Made by a program: the position numbers and the translations under genes | Notes under the pieces: generated by a model | The model's input: only the letters and a program-made list of their open reading frames with translations | Told to the model about the DNA's origin: nothing | Database searches by the model: none | NCBI RefSeq assembly: GCF_001194135.2 | Contig: NC_068981.1 | Location: forward strand, 182,584,971 to 182,648,970 | DNA: 64,000 bases | From: Octopus bimaculoides | Lineage: Eukaryota | Reading direction: 5' to 3' | In this document: piece by piece, positions 1-55,880 of the stretch | Layout: each line of letters starts with the position of its first letter | Numbering within the stretch: the stretch's first letter is position 1

Positions 1-522
1 AATTATTTTCTTTTCTTTTCTTCCTTTTTTATGACAGCAAACTGGCAGAATTGTTACTATGCTAGGCATTTCATTTGTCTTTACATTCCAAGTTCAAATT
101 CTGCCAAGGTCGACTACATTTCTTCCTTTTGGTGGGGTTGATAAAATAAGCACCAGTTGAGCTCTGGAACTAATGTAACCGACTTAACCCATCCCCGAAA
201 TTGCAGGCCTTGTGCCAAAATTTGAAATCAATATTTTTGTTCCTTTTTCATCACCATAGGCAGTCATGGCTATGTGGTTAGGAATCCCACTTCAGTCACA
301 TGATTTTGGGTTCAGTCCTACTGTATGGCCCTTGGGTAAGTGTCTTCCTACAATGCCCCGGGCTGACAGATACTTTGTAAGTAGACTTGGTAGATGGAAA
401 CCAAAAGAAAAATTTTGTATGTATGAGTCTGTCTGCCACCATCATTTGATAACTGGTGTTAGTTTGTTGATGTCCTCATAACTTAGCAGTTCAGCAAAAG
501 GATCACTAGAATAAGTCCTGGG

Positions 523-698
523 CGAGCTGGCAGAAATGTTAGCACGCCGGGCAAAATGCTTATCCGCCAAGGTCGACTTTGCCTTTTATCCTTTAGGGGG
601 TCGATTAAATAAGTACCAGTTACGGACTGGGGTCGATATAACCAACTTAATCTGTTTGTCTCCTCTGTGTGTAGCCCCTTGTGGGCAGTAAAGAAATA
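523..698 (+). mobile_element. SINE (family C, ggcgagctggcagaa head) inserted inside an older family-B SINE
   Basis: 15-bp TSD agaataagtcctggg at 508-522 and 699-713; the host SINE resumes on both sides. Confidence 0.8.
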
Positions 699-986
699 AG
701 AATAAGTCCTGGGGTGAACTTTTTCAACCAAACCTGTCGAGGTGGTGCTCCAGCACAGGCACAATCCAATAAGTGAAAAAAAAACCCAGATACATTAGCT
801 TCCATTTACAACTGGTACCTAAATCTATCAAACCTGGTAACATTTTAATTACACAAATAATAGATGCTGTAAGACAGGTTTAGCCAAACATGCTGCATTT
901 CTCTTAACTCATCATTACAATTTATTTTTCTGGGATACATTTAAAAGATTTATTACCAATGTTCTTTCTTTCTTAAATGTTGACAG

Positions 987-1096
987 GTAATGGACAGAGT
1001 TTCAATACTGGACGCTTCTGGTCTAAAGATGGCACTTTGCTTGCAACAATTTCTCAGTCTGGCATGGTCAGAAAACTGAAGGAGGCATCTCTATAA
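987..1096 (+). CDS. ACOT8: Last coding exon of an acyl-CoA thioesterase II (ACOT8/TesB-like) gene; rest of gene lies upstream of the window
   Basis: Pyrimidine tract plus tgacag acceptor at 981-986. Phase-1 exon reads (G)NGQSFNTGRFWSKDGTLLATISQSGMVRKLKEASL*, stop TAA 1094-1096. This matches the thioesterase II C-terminal motif GRxWxxDGxLxxxxxQxGxxR (human ACOT8 GRLWRQDGVLAVTCAQEGVIR, recalled from memory). Only one exon is visible, so paralogue identity is uncertain. Confidence 0.75.
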
Positions 1097-2905
1097 AGTC
1101 ACATCCTTTATGGAAATATATTTGGATAACCATATTTCAATGTGCATAAGGAACCTCCTAATTTTGGGGGCTTAAAATTTGGAAAAATGGTTTCGTATTC
1201 CATACTTTTTTTGAAGGTCTTGTAAGAAATTATATTATCCATGTTTAAGAAACCCCTAAATTTTTTTAAGCTAATTAAAAAAAAAAAAAGATTGCTTATA
1301 CACGTTAAAATATAGTATACAGGTTTTCAGTGATTTGAAATTAATTACTAGAGTACCTTCGTAAGTCACAATGGTCCAGAATAATTAAGGTTGATAGATC
1401 TAGGCAAACTGAGACAAAATGTTTCTACACCAATCAGAGAGACAGCCTTAATTATCTGTAATATACTCTATTTCTTCACACTAACCTTTAAATATTCTGC
1501 TCTGAGATTTTACATAACCAAATTATTAATTATAATTATATCTCTCCAACATATCGTTAACCTTTCTTCACTTGACATGAAGCTACATCAATACTATTCC
1601 TTAAGTTAAGGACTCATCTTGCAAGTTAGTTGGCAAACTTGCTACTGCTGGCGCCATGTAAAAAGCACCCTGCACACTGAAGTGGTTGATGCTAAGAATG
1701 GCATCCAAAGCAGACATTGGAGCACAGTGTAATCTTTGGACTTGGATCTTGTTATATTGTCCAACCCATGCTGGCATGGAACATAGATGTTAAATAATGA
1801 TGAATTAGACACTGTGTGTGTGTGTGTGTGTGTGTACACATATACATACTGGGCCATTGAAGAGGTTTAAGTGAATATCATCACTGTTTAACATCCGTTT
1901 TCCATGCTGGCATGGGTTGAATAGTTTGACTGAGATCTAGAGAGCCACCAGCTGCACCAGCCTCCAATATGATCTGGTAATATTTCTACAGTTGGATGCC
2001 CTTCCTAATCCCAACCACTCCAAGAGTGTAGTTGGTGCTTTTTACGTTCCACCAGCACAGGAGCCAGTCAGGCAGGCCGCCAATAACGAAACATGAGCTT
2101 TCAAGCTTATGAATCAGCAACTTGTATGTAAAATTCACTCATTTCTGAAAGAAGTGTGAATTACTAGGAGACTTTTGTAAATTCAACTGAATAAAAAAAA
2201 AAATTTTTTTTTTAATAAATGCAAACATTTTGAACAGTGATGTTGTAAACTACGCAGATTCAAAGTGAAATTTTAAAAAATCAATTTTTGAGTTGCAGAA
2301 AGCAAAATTGAAGACAAAACTGAATAAAGAGGAAAATTAAACTTTTATTGATTTTGTTATTTAATTTCCATTTAATTCAAAATTCAATTTCAAATGAAGT
2401 CCCAAATTCAGCATATCTAAGTGAAGAACTAAACAGAAATGCTCATAACAGCCTAAAATATATTACAAAATATATATTTTTTTAACCTCTATTTTATCCA
2501 TATCCTAAGTGCAGACCTGGCTGTGTGGTAAGAAGTTTGGTTCTGGGTTCAATCCCACTGCATGGCATGTTGACCAAGTGTCTCTTTATAACCTTGGGCC
2601 AACCAAAGCCTTGCAAGTGAATTTAGTAGATAGAAACTGAAAGAAGTCCATTGTATGTATGTGTGTTTATCCTCCACCACTGCTTGACAACCAGTGTTGG
2701 TATGTTTATGTCCCTGTAACTCAAAATAAGTACAGGCATTAAAAGAAGAAAATAATGGGATTGATTCATTTGATTAAAAATTCTTCAAGGTGGTGCCACA
2801 GCATGACTGAAATGTATAGAAGTTAAGATCATCTTTGAGTTTTTCTATATACCCAACAGAATATATTAAAATAAGTGGAATAATTCTATGCATATCTATG
2901 GAATT

Positions 2906-3282
2906 CAGTGGAGGCGCAATGGCCCAGTGGTAGGGCAGCGGACTCACGGTCATAGGATCGCGGTTTCAATTCCCAGACCGGGTGTTGTGAGTGTTTATTG
3001 AGCGAAAACACCTAAAGCTCCACGAGGCTCCAGCAGGGGATGGTGGCGAACCCTGCTGTACTCTTTCTCTCACTCTTACTTCCTGTTTCTGTTGTGCCTT
3101 TAATTCAAAGGGTCAGTCTTGTCACACTGTGTTACGCTGAATATCCCCGAGAACTACTTTAAGGGTACACGTGTCTGTGGAGTGCTCAGCCACTTGCACG
3201 TTAATTTCACAAGCAGGCTGTTTCCTTGATCGGATCAACTGGATCCCTCAACGTTGTAAGCGACGGAATGCCAACAACAACA
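2906..3282 (+). mobile_element. tRNA-derived SINE family A, full length, (AAC)n tail
   Basis: Head ggcgcaatggcccagtggtagggcagcggactc...gtttcaattcccagacc (A- and B-box-like); 12-bp TSD atctatggaatt at 2894-2905 and 3283-3294. Confidence 0.88.
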
Positions 3283-3699
3283 ATCTATGGAATTAACTTC
3301 TGGAATATCATGGCACTACATAAGTGCAGGTGACTGTGATTAAGAAGTTTGTTCCCCAACCACCTGGTTTCAGGCTCAGACCTACTACATGACACTTTGG
3401 GCAAGTGTCTTCTATAGCCCTGATAGATTGGATTTAGTAGATAGAAACTGAAAGAAACAGGTCATGCTTGTGTGTGTGTTATGGTTTCGTTGGTTTGTGA
3501 ATGAGTATCACTATCATTGAAAATATCCATTCACAACTTTGTGTAAATATGCCTGGTCACAGGGAAATATTACCTTACTTGGAAACAGGTGAAGGATGGC
3601 AACATGAAAGGCATCCGGCTGTAGAAAAATTTGTCACAACAAATTTCATTCAATCGTGGAAAAGTGGATGTTAATACACATAAAATAAAAAAAAACAAC

Positions 3700-3729
3700 A
3701 GAGCAAAGTCTATTTAGAAGGTATTTATT
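3700..3729 (-). terminator. Probable SUZ12 polyadenylation signal
   Basis: AATAAA on the minus strand at 3729-3724, followed about 25-50 nt downstream by a GU/U-rich element (tgttgtttttttttattttatgtgt). It sits at the boundary between a repeat-free tract and SINE-dense sequence. Confidence 0.55.
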
Positions 3730-3763
3730 TAAAAAAGTATCTTAATTATTGTGAGTTCATTGG

Positions 3764-3796
<33 letters not shown>

Positions 3797-4904
3797 AAGC
3801 TAGCAGCAGCAGAGAGTAAGAGAGCAAGGAAATAACAAAAACACAAACATACTTAAATGAATGTTTTCTATTAATTTACACCCACCAGCAAATTTTTCTT
3901 TTTTTTTTTATAAGTAATTTTGTTAAGATTTCAAATTTAATCTTTGTCTGTCAAAAAAAAAAAAAAAAAAAACCAAAAAAAAAACACTGCCACCAAACCA
4001 TTGTAATTAAGACTATACTCTGTGTATAAACCTATTAGGTAAAATGGCACCTATTGTTCAAATAAGAACAATATTTATATATGAATCATTAAAACAAAAT
4101 GTGTATGTGTTTTATCTTTTGGATATGTGCATATGGTCTTATATGTACAGCCTAGTTTGCATAGTTTTAGGTAGCATTAAAAGATATCTGGCAGTTAAAT
4201 AATCTCCAATTTTCCTTTACCAAGATAGTATAATACAGACAACCCATGATCCAGAAGGCAACAGTAAACTATGAATGATTTTTCTTCTTTTTTCTGAAAA
4301 GGTGTGGCAGTTAGAACCAAGGAGGTTGTCAGTAGAAGTATCCGGGTTCCCTGAATACACTGGTGCATGGCTTAATGAGAGAGAGAGAGAAAGGGGAAGA
4401 GGAACATTGAGCAATTACAGTACATAGAGCATAGGCAAAGTCATGTCTGATTTTTATATTCCTGTTCTTGCTCAATGACAGTCTCCGTATATTTTTGGCA
4501 GTGAGTGATGTGCTAACAAAGATTGCTGCACGGAGTATATTTCAGAGAACTGGAGAGGAGATCTTGCACCATGCTTATCAGAAAGCTGGGCAAATAAATG
4601 CCCTATGAAGGAACCTTGCCATATGAACTGTCAGAGAAAGATGAGCAACTGTATGAAGTAGGCTTTCTAAAAAGGAGGAGAGAAAATAATCACTTTTTTA
4701 AAATTATATTTTAAATATCGAAACTACCATTATTTCATTTCCAAGATGACAACTACAATTTTTTTACCTGGTCAGCATCTCCAGCAGAGCCGAATTGTGT
4801 GTCTGAGTAGCAGAGGTGGTAAACATGGCGTTAAAATTTAGGAAAACAATTGAAGAATAGCAACAAAAGTTTTTAAAAAGAAAAAGCTTTCCAGTTTCTC
4901 TTTC

Positions 4905-4951
<47 letters not shown>

Positions 4952-5999
4952 ACAGAAATCTTTCATTCATATCAGAGAGAGAGAGAGAGAGTGTGTGTGT
5001 GTGTGTGTGGTGAGCAAGGTGAAAAGGAAAACGAAAGTAACAGTGTGGATGTATGACAGGAAGAGATATGAGGAGAAAGAAAAGGCAATACAGCACAAGG
5101 ATGGGACAGAGCAAAAAGAGGAGGGGGAAAGGGAATGTAATGAGAGAGAGAGAGATGATGTGTATACTACTGAAAGCGATGAACTAAAGGGAAGATGATG
5201 AAAGAACGAAAGAGAGGAGGTTAAGAGAAAAAGCTGTCATTGCTTTAAAAAAAAAAAAAAAATTTAAATAAAATAAAATAAAAAGCACTTTTACACAACT
5301 AATCAACTTCATGCTTTTATTGACACAGTTTCTGGTATTTTTCTGAAAATATATTAAAGTATCAAGCACATATATTTCATTGTCCAAGAGGAGAGAGAAA
5401 GAGAATGTGTGTGAGTGTGTGTTTTGGTGGATGCATGTGCAAATTTACGAAAATCATAAAGCAAACTCTGCTACCTAATGGTTATAGTTTGTTTCACGTC
5501 GAAACACTCCTACATGGCAGCTCATCTCTCCCTCCCTCCCTCTTTCTTTCTTTCCTTCACACATGCGCGTGCATACGCACGCACGCACACACACACACAT
5601 TTCAGGTGGCAGAAAGACGAGATGGCTAAATATCAAATTTAAGAGATGCTTGATGTGAAGAATGGAATGAAAAGGAACGAGTTCTTTTCAGATTATTATT
5701 AGTAGTAGTATAATCTTTATACTTATTCTTTTTGGAATGGACACTGTTGCATGCAGTTTCTCAAATGCAAGCAGCAGATGTATTTGTGAAGTGGTGGTGG
5801 TGGTGGTTGTAAATAATGCCTGGCAGTAGAGGATATGGCAATGATGTGTTAGGATGGTTAATAATGAATCTTCAACTATAAAAGTTAAGAAGTGCTTTAT
5901 GATGAAGTGGCAGTGGTCAGCAAAAGGCTTTCAACTGATTTAAGCCCTTTCTTTTCGTCTGTTTCTTGTTTATTTCAGGTGTTCCGTGGTCGTCATCGT
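3705..5999 (-). other. Probable SUZ12 3' UTR (about 2.3 kb), U-rich
   Basis: Lies between the stop codon and the AATAAA. No recognisable SINE or MITE copies. Long U tracts in mRNA sense (A31 at 3764-3794 and A43 at 4906-4948 on the + strand). Confidence 0.55.
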
Positions 6000-48072
<42,073 letters not shown>

Positions 48073-49911
48073 CTGAAAAAAAAAATTAAAAAATAAAAAT
48101 TAAAGTTAATCTATTTCAAAATTCTTTAAACTGCAAAGAAACAATATTTGCCACCACTAATAGCCACGACACACACGTAATATACAGAATGGATATTTAC
48201 AAACAATGCTAGATAAAAATTTCAGAAAGAATAATAACTCTTTAAATTTTGATTATAAATTTAAATATTGATTTCATATTTTGACACAAGGCCAGCAATT
48301 TCAGAGTAGGAAACTGGTTGATTACATCGACCCNNNNNNNNNNNNNNNNNNNNNNNNNNNNNNNNNNNNNNNNNNNNNNNNNNNNNNNNNNNNNNNNNNN
48401 NNNNNNNNNNNNNNNNNNNNNNNNNNNNNNNNNNNNNNNNNNNNNNNNNNNNNNNNNNNNNNNNNNNNNNNNNNNNNNNNNNNNNNNNNNNNNNNNNNNN
48501 NNNNNNNNNNNNNNNNNNNNNNNNNNNNNNNNNNNNNNNNNNNNNNNNNNNNNNNNNNNNNNNNNNNNNNNNNNNNNNNNNNNNNNNNNNNNNNNNNNNN
48601 NNNNNNNNNNNNNNNNNNNNNNNNNNNNNNNNNNNNNNNNNNNNNNNNNNNNNNNNNNNNNNNNNNNNNNNNNNNNNNNNNNNNNNNNNNNNNNNNNNNN
48701 NNNNNNNNNNNNNNNNNNNNNNNNNNNNNNNNNNNNNNNNNNNNNNNNNNNNNNNNNNNNNNNNNNNNNNNNNNNNNNNNNNNNNNNNNNNNNNNNNNNN
48801 NNNNNNNNNNNNNNNNNNNNNNTAATACTCTGCAAAGTGCGGAGTTAAGAAAAGGACAATCTCTTTGAGCTGGTGCCATGATGAAAATGTATTCGGTACA
48901 CTCTGTAAAGTGACTGGTGTTAAGAAGGGCCTCAAGAGATAGAAAGTGAGCTAAACAAAATGTACAAGTGAGGTGCAGTCATGCAACCTGTCCAAGAGAG
49001 CAACTGATTCTGACCATTACGATTTGTCCAACACCATTGCTAGCAAGGAAAGCAGATGTAAAACAATAATGATGATGATTAACAATAAACAACATATAAT
49101 AATCCCTTCTGTTCTGTGTTATTTCCCTTTAAAAGGCTTTGATTTTAGTGAGTGTATTTCCGAGTGAGTGAATAGAAGTGTGTACAGATAGATAATATTG
49201 AGGTGACAATAGCATTTACATCAATATTATCTATTTTTAAAGTGGCAAGCTCACACAGTCATTACTGCACCAGAAAATTGCTTAGCAGCATTTATTCTAA
49301 CTTCAAATGCCGCCAGGGTCGACTTTGAATTTCATCCTTTTGGGGGTCGATAAAATAAGTACCAGTTGAGCACTGGGGATCGATGTAAAAATGATTTTTA
49401 GTTGAAGCAATTGACCCCAGGACTTATTCTTTGTAAGCCTAGTACATATTCTATCAGTCTCTTTTGCCAAACTGTTAAGTTACAGGGATGTAAACACACC
49501 AACATTGGGACAAACGCACACACACACAAATATATACATAATATATAAGTATATAACGGGCTTCTTTCAGTTTCCATCCAGGCTATAGTAGAAGACACTT
49601 GCCTATGGTGTCATGCAGTGGGATTGAACCTGGAATCATGTGGTTGAGAAGCAAGCTTCTTACTACACATAATGTATCATCTTGTATATTTATGTATTTA
49701 CTTATTGAAAAGCATAATGGGCAAACTATTTGAAAAATATGAATTATGTGACAATTTTTTTTTTTACAATTTGTTCAAGAACTATCCAGGGAAATACCAT
49801 TATCACCAGGATATAAATTCAAAACTCCTCAATCTGTAACTAGTTTGATAAGTGCTAATGCATGAGACTCTCAGCACTTGAGTCACTCTTGCTTCTGATA
49901 AATATTTATAA

Positions 49912-49968
<57 letters not shown>

Positions 49969-50356
49969 TACATACATATGTATGTATCTCTCTCTCTCTC
50001 TGTATGTATGTATTCCTCATGCTTCTGTTCATGTTAACTTATCCTACATTCCATAATTTAGTGGCTTGACAAACAGTAATCAATAAAATAATTATCAGGC
50101 TAAAAGAAGATTTGATCGATTAAACCTTTGAAGGCGGTACCCCAGCATGGCCACAGCCCAATGATTGGAACTAACAGCAGCACAATACAAAATGCAACAG
50201 GAAATGACTATTGTATTACAATTATTATTATCACTATCTCAGGATGTCATTGGCTCTTTATAAAATGTATTTCTATCCGCTTGACAAACCTTAATATGGC
50301 AGAGAAGAAATACTTCAAGCAACGTTTCTGGAATTTACTTAGTAGTAAATGCAAAC

Positions 50357-50738
50357 GTGAGGGCGCAATGGCCCAGTGGTTAGGGTAGCGGACTCGCAGT
50401 CATAGGATTGCGGTTTCGATTCCCAGACCGGGCGTTGTGAGTATTTATTGAGCGAAAACACCGAAAGCTCCACGAGGCTCCGACAGGGGATGGTGGCGAA
50501 CCCTGCTGTACTCTTCCACCACAACTTTCTCTCACTCTTTCTTCCTGTTTCTGTTGTGCCTGTAATTCAAAGGGTCAGCCTTGTCACACTGTGTCACGCT
50601 GAATATCCCGAGAACTACGTTAAAGGTACATGTGTCTGTGGAGTACTCAGCCACTTGCACGTTAATTTCACGAGCAGGCTGTTCCGTTGATCGGATCAAC
50701 TGGAACCCTCGACGTCGTAAGCAACGGAGTGCCACCAC
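50357..50738 (+). mobile_element. tRNA-derived SINE family A copy
   Basis: Colinear with 2906-3282; 10-bp TSD aaatgcaaac at 50347-50356 and 50739-50748. A more decayed partial copy lies at about 29575-29880 (-). Confidence 0.88.
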
Positions 50739-51062
50739 AAATGCAAACATAGGACCTCACCTATGTAATACAAACATAAACACAGATATAAGCATGGGTG
50801 GTGGCTAAGAAGCTTCCCGACCATGTAGTCCTGAGCTCAGACACAGTGTGTGTGGTACTTTGGTCAAGTATCTTCTACTATAGTCGTGGGCCGACCAAAG
50901 CTGTCATCATCATCATCAAGTGTCCATTTTCCATGCTGGCATAGGTTAGACAGTTTGACTGGAACTGGTAAGCCAAAGAGCTGCATTTAGCTCCAGTCTG
51001 GTTGGGCTTAGTTTCTATGGCTGGATGCCCTTCCTAATGCCAAGCACTCCACTGAGTGTACT

Positions 51063-51192
51063 GGGTGCCTTTGACGCGTCACTGGCACGGGTGACTTCGG
51101 CGTGTCACTGGCATGGGTATCTTCGGCGTGTCACTGGCACAGGTGCCTTCGACAGGTCACTGGCAAGGGTGCCTTTTACGTGTCACCAGCAG
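51063..51192 (+). repeat. 26-bp minisatellite (about 5 units) inside a (CAT)n SINE
   Basis: Units gggtgcctttgacgcgtcactggcac / gggtgacttcggcgtgtcactggcat / gggtatcttcggcgtgtcactggcac / aggtgccttcgacaggtcactggcaa / gggtgccttttacgtgtcaccagcag. Confidence 0.85.
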
Positions 51193-52012
51193 TGAGTGGA
51201 AATAATAGTAGGGAAACTGAAATAAGTTCATCATGTGTGTCTTCACCCCTGACTTGATACCAAGTAATGATAGTAAACAACCGTCACCGTGATACTGGCC
51301 ATGTTGTTCGTTCCCACTCTTCTGATGATGGGGAAATGTTACCTTGGTAACAGGAAGGACATCAAGCAGTAAAAAATATGCCTCAACTAATTCCATCTGA
51401 CCCATGCAGGCAGGAAAAGTGGACATTAAACAATAATGATGATTTCATATGTGTGAAGGTGTGGAGCCTGGTGGTTAGGGTGTTGGACTCATGATCACTA
51501 GATCGTGGGTTCAATTCTCAGACCAAGTGGCATGCTTACGTTGCTCCAGCCCACTCGACTGTAAAGGGGTGACCCTGCAATGGACTAGTCATCCTCTAGC
51601 CAGTGGGGTGGCATCGGTTGAAAGCCAAAATGATGCAAAGCACATTGTGACAAACAATGTATAACAATATCTGATAGTCTGGTCATTCACAAGATCATGT
51701 CATACACACACACACACACACACACAAACACAATGAAATTTTAAAAAATCTACTTCAATCAATTAGTAAACAAAAACTCCCTCTTACAGTGTTTGAAACC
51801 CTTTAACAAGAGCAATCATTTTGAAGCCAAATGCTGAAAGCAATGTTGCTTTTACTAGCTAACTTTGAAGTGCCCACTCCCATAGAACCTATTTACAGTT
51901 GAGTGGACAGGAAATGAACCCTTGACTTTTCAGCCAATGGGTCAGTAGTCTATCAGCACAATCAGTTGCTAATTTACTTTTCATATAACCATAATAATGA
52001 TTTGGTCCATGA

Positions 52013-52059
<47 letters not shown>

Positions 52060-52163
52060 GNNNNNNNNNNNNNNNNNNNNNNNNNNNNNNNNNNNNNNNN
52101 NNNNNNNNNNNNNNNNNNNNNNNNNNNNNNNNNNNNNNNNNNNNNNNNNNNNNNNNNNNCCAT

Positions 52164-52218
<55 letters not shown>

Positions 52219-52251
52219 GTAGAATAAGAAATAGAAAAGTCCTAAGTACAG

Positions 52252-52287
<36 letters not shown>

Positions 52288-52372
52288 GGGAAAAAATGGT
52301 TTTTCTGATTATTTTTCCACTTTAATAATTAGATGTTTATAAGTTATCAGGTGTTTGAACATCTAATCATTA

Positions 52373-52509
52373 AAGGTGGGCAAAAGTAGGTATACAGCTG
52401 CTTAATATGAATGGAATGTTCTTTTTATTCTCTATCCTGGAAAAGAGAGAAATGGAATGAGCATTCCACTCGTATTAAGCAACTGTATACTTACTTTTGC
52501 CCACCCGAG
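52373..52509. mobile_element. Tc1/mariner-type MITE, 137 bp
   Basis: About 35-bp TIRs ggtgggcaaaagtaggtatacagctgcttaata / tattaagcaactgtatacttacttttgcccacc; TA flanks. Confidence 0.75.
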
Positions 52510-55500
52510 TACATATATCGTTTAATGTACACAGTATTTAAAATAAGAGATACTAATAGTTTCTTGCCATGGAAGCACTGTAATTAGGCAGATTTATATA
52601 ATGTGATTTGTGTCTCCAAGAAGTCTTCAAACTCAGGGCACATGGTTAGTTGTATTTGAAAAAAACTTAATGGAACAGTAATATACACACACGCATATAT
52701 AGATAGATGTGCATGTGTGTATATGTATGTATATATGTTTATACACACACACACACACACACACAACTAAACTGGATCTATTATCTATCTACATCAATGC
52801 TACCATTTTAACACAATACTCATCAAATTTAAAGCAAATTTTAAAATAAGATATTGTCTCCAGTAACACACATTGTTAGAAATGTGAACATGGTTTCTAA
52901 AATATAACCTTATAAGAGTACAAAGAACAAGGTTATTTTGAGACACACATGAGCTTGATCAATGAACACAAAACCAACAACTACCTTTTCTATCCTTTCT
53001 GCTGTTGGACCCCATGCAAGGTGAGGTGCTTAATACCCAGAATGGAATAAAACATGGCTACAACACAATACTTGAGTCATACTTCATTTTCTCAACCCTA
53101 CAATATATACTAATACTGGTTTCCAATTTTTGGTACAAGGCCAGCAATTTCAGGGGTGGGATAAGTCGATTACATCAACCCTGAGAGGAGGAAAGGCAAA
53201 GTTGACCTCAGTGGAATTTGAACTCAAAACAAAGACAAAGAGCTACTAAGCATTTTGTGTGGTGTGTTAACGATTCCTCCAGCTTGCTACCTTACAATAT
53301 ATACTAATATACAAATTATTATCATATTTGCACAACTAGGCATTTTGTTAGTATTTTAATGCTATAAAAAATTTAAAAAAACATGAATAAATAACATAGA
53401 CAATGCATTTTGAATATTAAAAACATAGTGAGCTGGTAGAAATGTTAACATGTTGGGCATAAAAAAACCTAGTAGCATTTCATCTGTCTTGACATTCTGA
53501 TTTCCGAGTTGACCTGCTGGAGTCAACTTAGCCTTTCATCCTTTCAGGGTTGATGAAATAAGTACCAGTTGTGTACTTGGGTTGATCTAATCAACTTCGT
53601 CATCCCCACTGAACTTGCTGGCCTTGTACCAAAATTTGAAATCAATATTTAACATACACATACACAAAAAAAATAAAAACTGAACAAAGAATCTTAATAA
53701 CAAAAGAAATTTTTTGAAATTTATAAGAATCAGCCACCAATAACGATAATGATGATTTGAAAAAAAAAAGAAAAGAAAAGAAAATTATAGATCAGCAATT
53801 TGAGAATGAAGTATTATTGAAATGCTGATCACAAGAATTTCAGCTGCTATTAATTACCACAGGAAATGTTCAGGCATTAGAATCAATATAAAAAATAAAA
53901 AAAAAGACCAGAAAGTCTGAGAATATAAAGAAAATGAAAAACACCTGTTTCACCAGGTTGGAAACTTTTTTCTAAAACAAGCAAAGCCTTATAGAACATA
54001 ACAGTAAGAAGAAGAAGAAGAAGAAGAGGAAGAAAAAGAAAAAGCATGTTTACAAAAGATTTGGTGTAAAACAGAAATGCTTATCTAATACAAGATAAGT
54101 TCATTGCAGAACTGAGTCAAGATTTGATTTCAAGTTGGAGCAATTTCCCTCCATTTTTTATCTTTCACTTGTTACAGTTATTAGATTGTGGCCATGCTGG
54201 AGTACTGCCTCCAAGGGTTTAGTTGAGCAAATTAAACCCCAGTACTTCTTCCCCCCCCCCCTAAAGTCTGGTAGTTATTCTATTGGTTTTTTTTGTTGAA
54301 CCACTAAGTTATTAGGATGTAAACAAACCAACACTAGTTGTCAAGTAGTAGTCGGGGACAAACACAAAGACACACGACAGGATTCCACAGTTTCTGTTTA
54401 CCAAATTCTTTCACAAGGCATTGGTCAGCCCAAGGCTAGAGTAGAAGACACCTAGTCCAAGCTGCTGTGCTGTGGGACTGAACTTGAAACCACATGGTTA
54501 CAAAGTGAGCTTCTTAACCACACTGTCATGGCTGTGCCTACTAGTTCAGTAATACTTAGAGAAAGCAAGAATGGCTGAGCTTTGTCTCTCTCTACTTAAA
54601 AAACCTTCAACTTCAAATGCAGCATACATGGGGCTAAGCTCTTGAAAAGCTGAGCCTCTGATATTCAGTGAAAATTTGAACCTGCAATTACCAATCACAA
54701 TGGAGAAAGTAACTAAATTATTTTTATTCGTTGAAACAGGAAAAGCAACAGTGACCAAACCAGTGTCTTCCCAGCAAGACATTCTATGTGGTCGTTCAAC
54801 TTGCTAGAAATAGCAGTCAAATCTCTCTTAATCCTTTATCATTCAGATCACTCGGTCAAATGCAACGCTTATCTATAAATATTGTTTTGAATTAATCATG
54901 CATTATCTCATAACAATGGATTTTTCAATGATGTGATTATTTTTAGAATGACATTGTAAGGTAGATGTAAGTGGCTGGATCTAGCTGGTTTAACTAAAAG
55001 GTTAAATCCCACCCTAGCATAGGACAGGAATGATCCAGGGTACCTGCACATTGCAAAAAAAGATCATGGTGTGATCATGGATGTGAGACGTGCTCAATCA
55101 GGCTTAACTGGGAGTTAATTAAATCAACAGGAGATTTATATACTCTTTTACTTGTTTCGTTCATTTGACTGCGGCCATGCTGGAGCACCGCCTTTAGTTG
55201 AACAGATCAACCTCAGGACTTATTCTTTGTAAGCCTGGTATTTATTCTATCAGTCACTTTTGTTGAACCGCTAAGTTACGGGAACATAAACACACCAACA
55301 TTGGTTGTCAAAGCGATGGTGGGGGGCTAAACACAGACATACAAACACATACACACACACAGAGATATATATATATTTATATATATATATATATGACGGG
55401 CTTCTTTTAGTTTCCATCAACCAAATCCGCTCACAAGGCTTTGGTCGGTCTGGCAAGAAGACAATTGCCCAATCGTACCAATTATACACCCAAATTGATG

Positions 55501-55880
55501 AAATTCTGATTCTTCAAATGACAGGTATGAGAGGTATTCTATTGATTATTCTCCTGAGGGCATACCCTTAAATTATCAAAGAGTAACATCGTTTTAATGT
55601 CCACTGTCCCATGCTCGCATGGGTCAAACGGAATTTATTTAACCAGATGCCCTTCCTGTTGCTAACCCTCACCTGTTACAAAAAAAAAGGTAATATTTCC
55701 TTGTGGCTAGAAAGGACACTGCAGTATGACAGCAACACTCGTTTACAGCAATTAACAAGATACCAACACAGAGATACACGCGATGGGCACCATGTCTATG
55801 TAGGCATGCAGAACTCCTTTAACAGGACAAGATTATAATCTTATGATTACATGGTTACGTTACGTTACATGACTGACACT

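Noticed and set aside
2906-2985. tRNA-like sequence at the heads of SINE families A and B
   Set aside because: No complete cloverleaf; the sequence continues into SINE bodies flanked by TSDs, so these are not tRNA genes.
54546-54782. 78-aa minus-strand ORF (…SPMYAAFEVEGF…)
   Set aside because: Only superficially like QAFE; no other SUZ12 match and no suitable donor.
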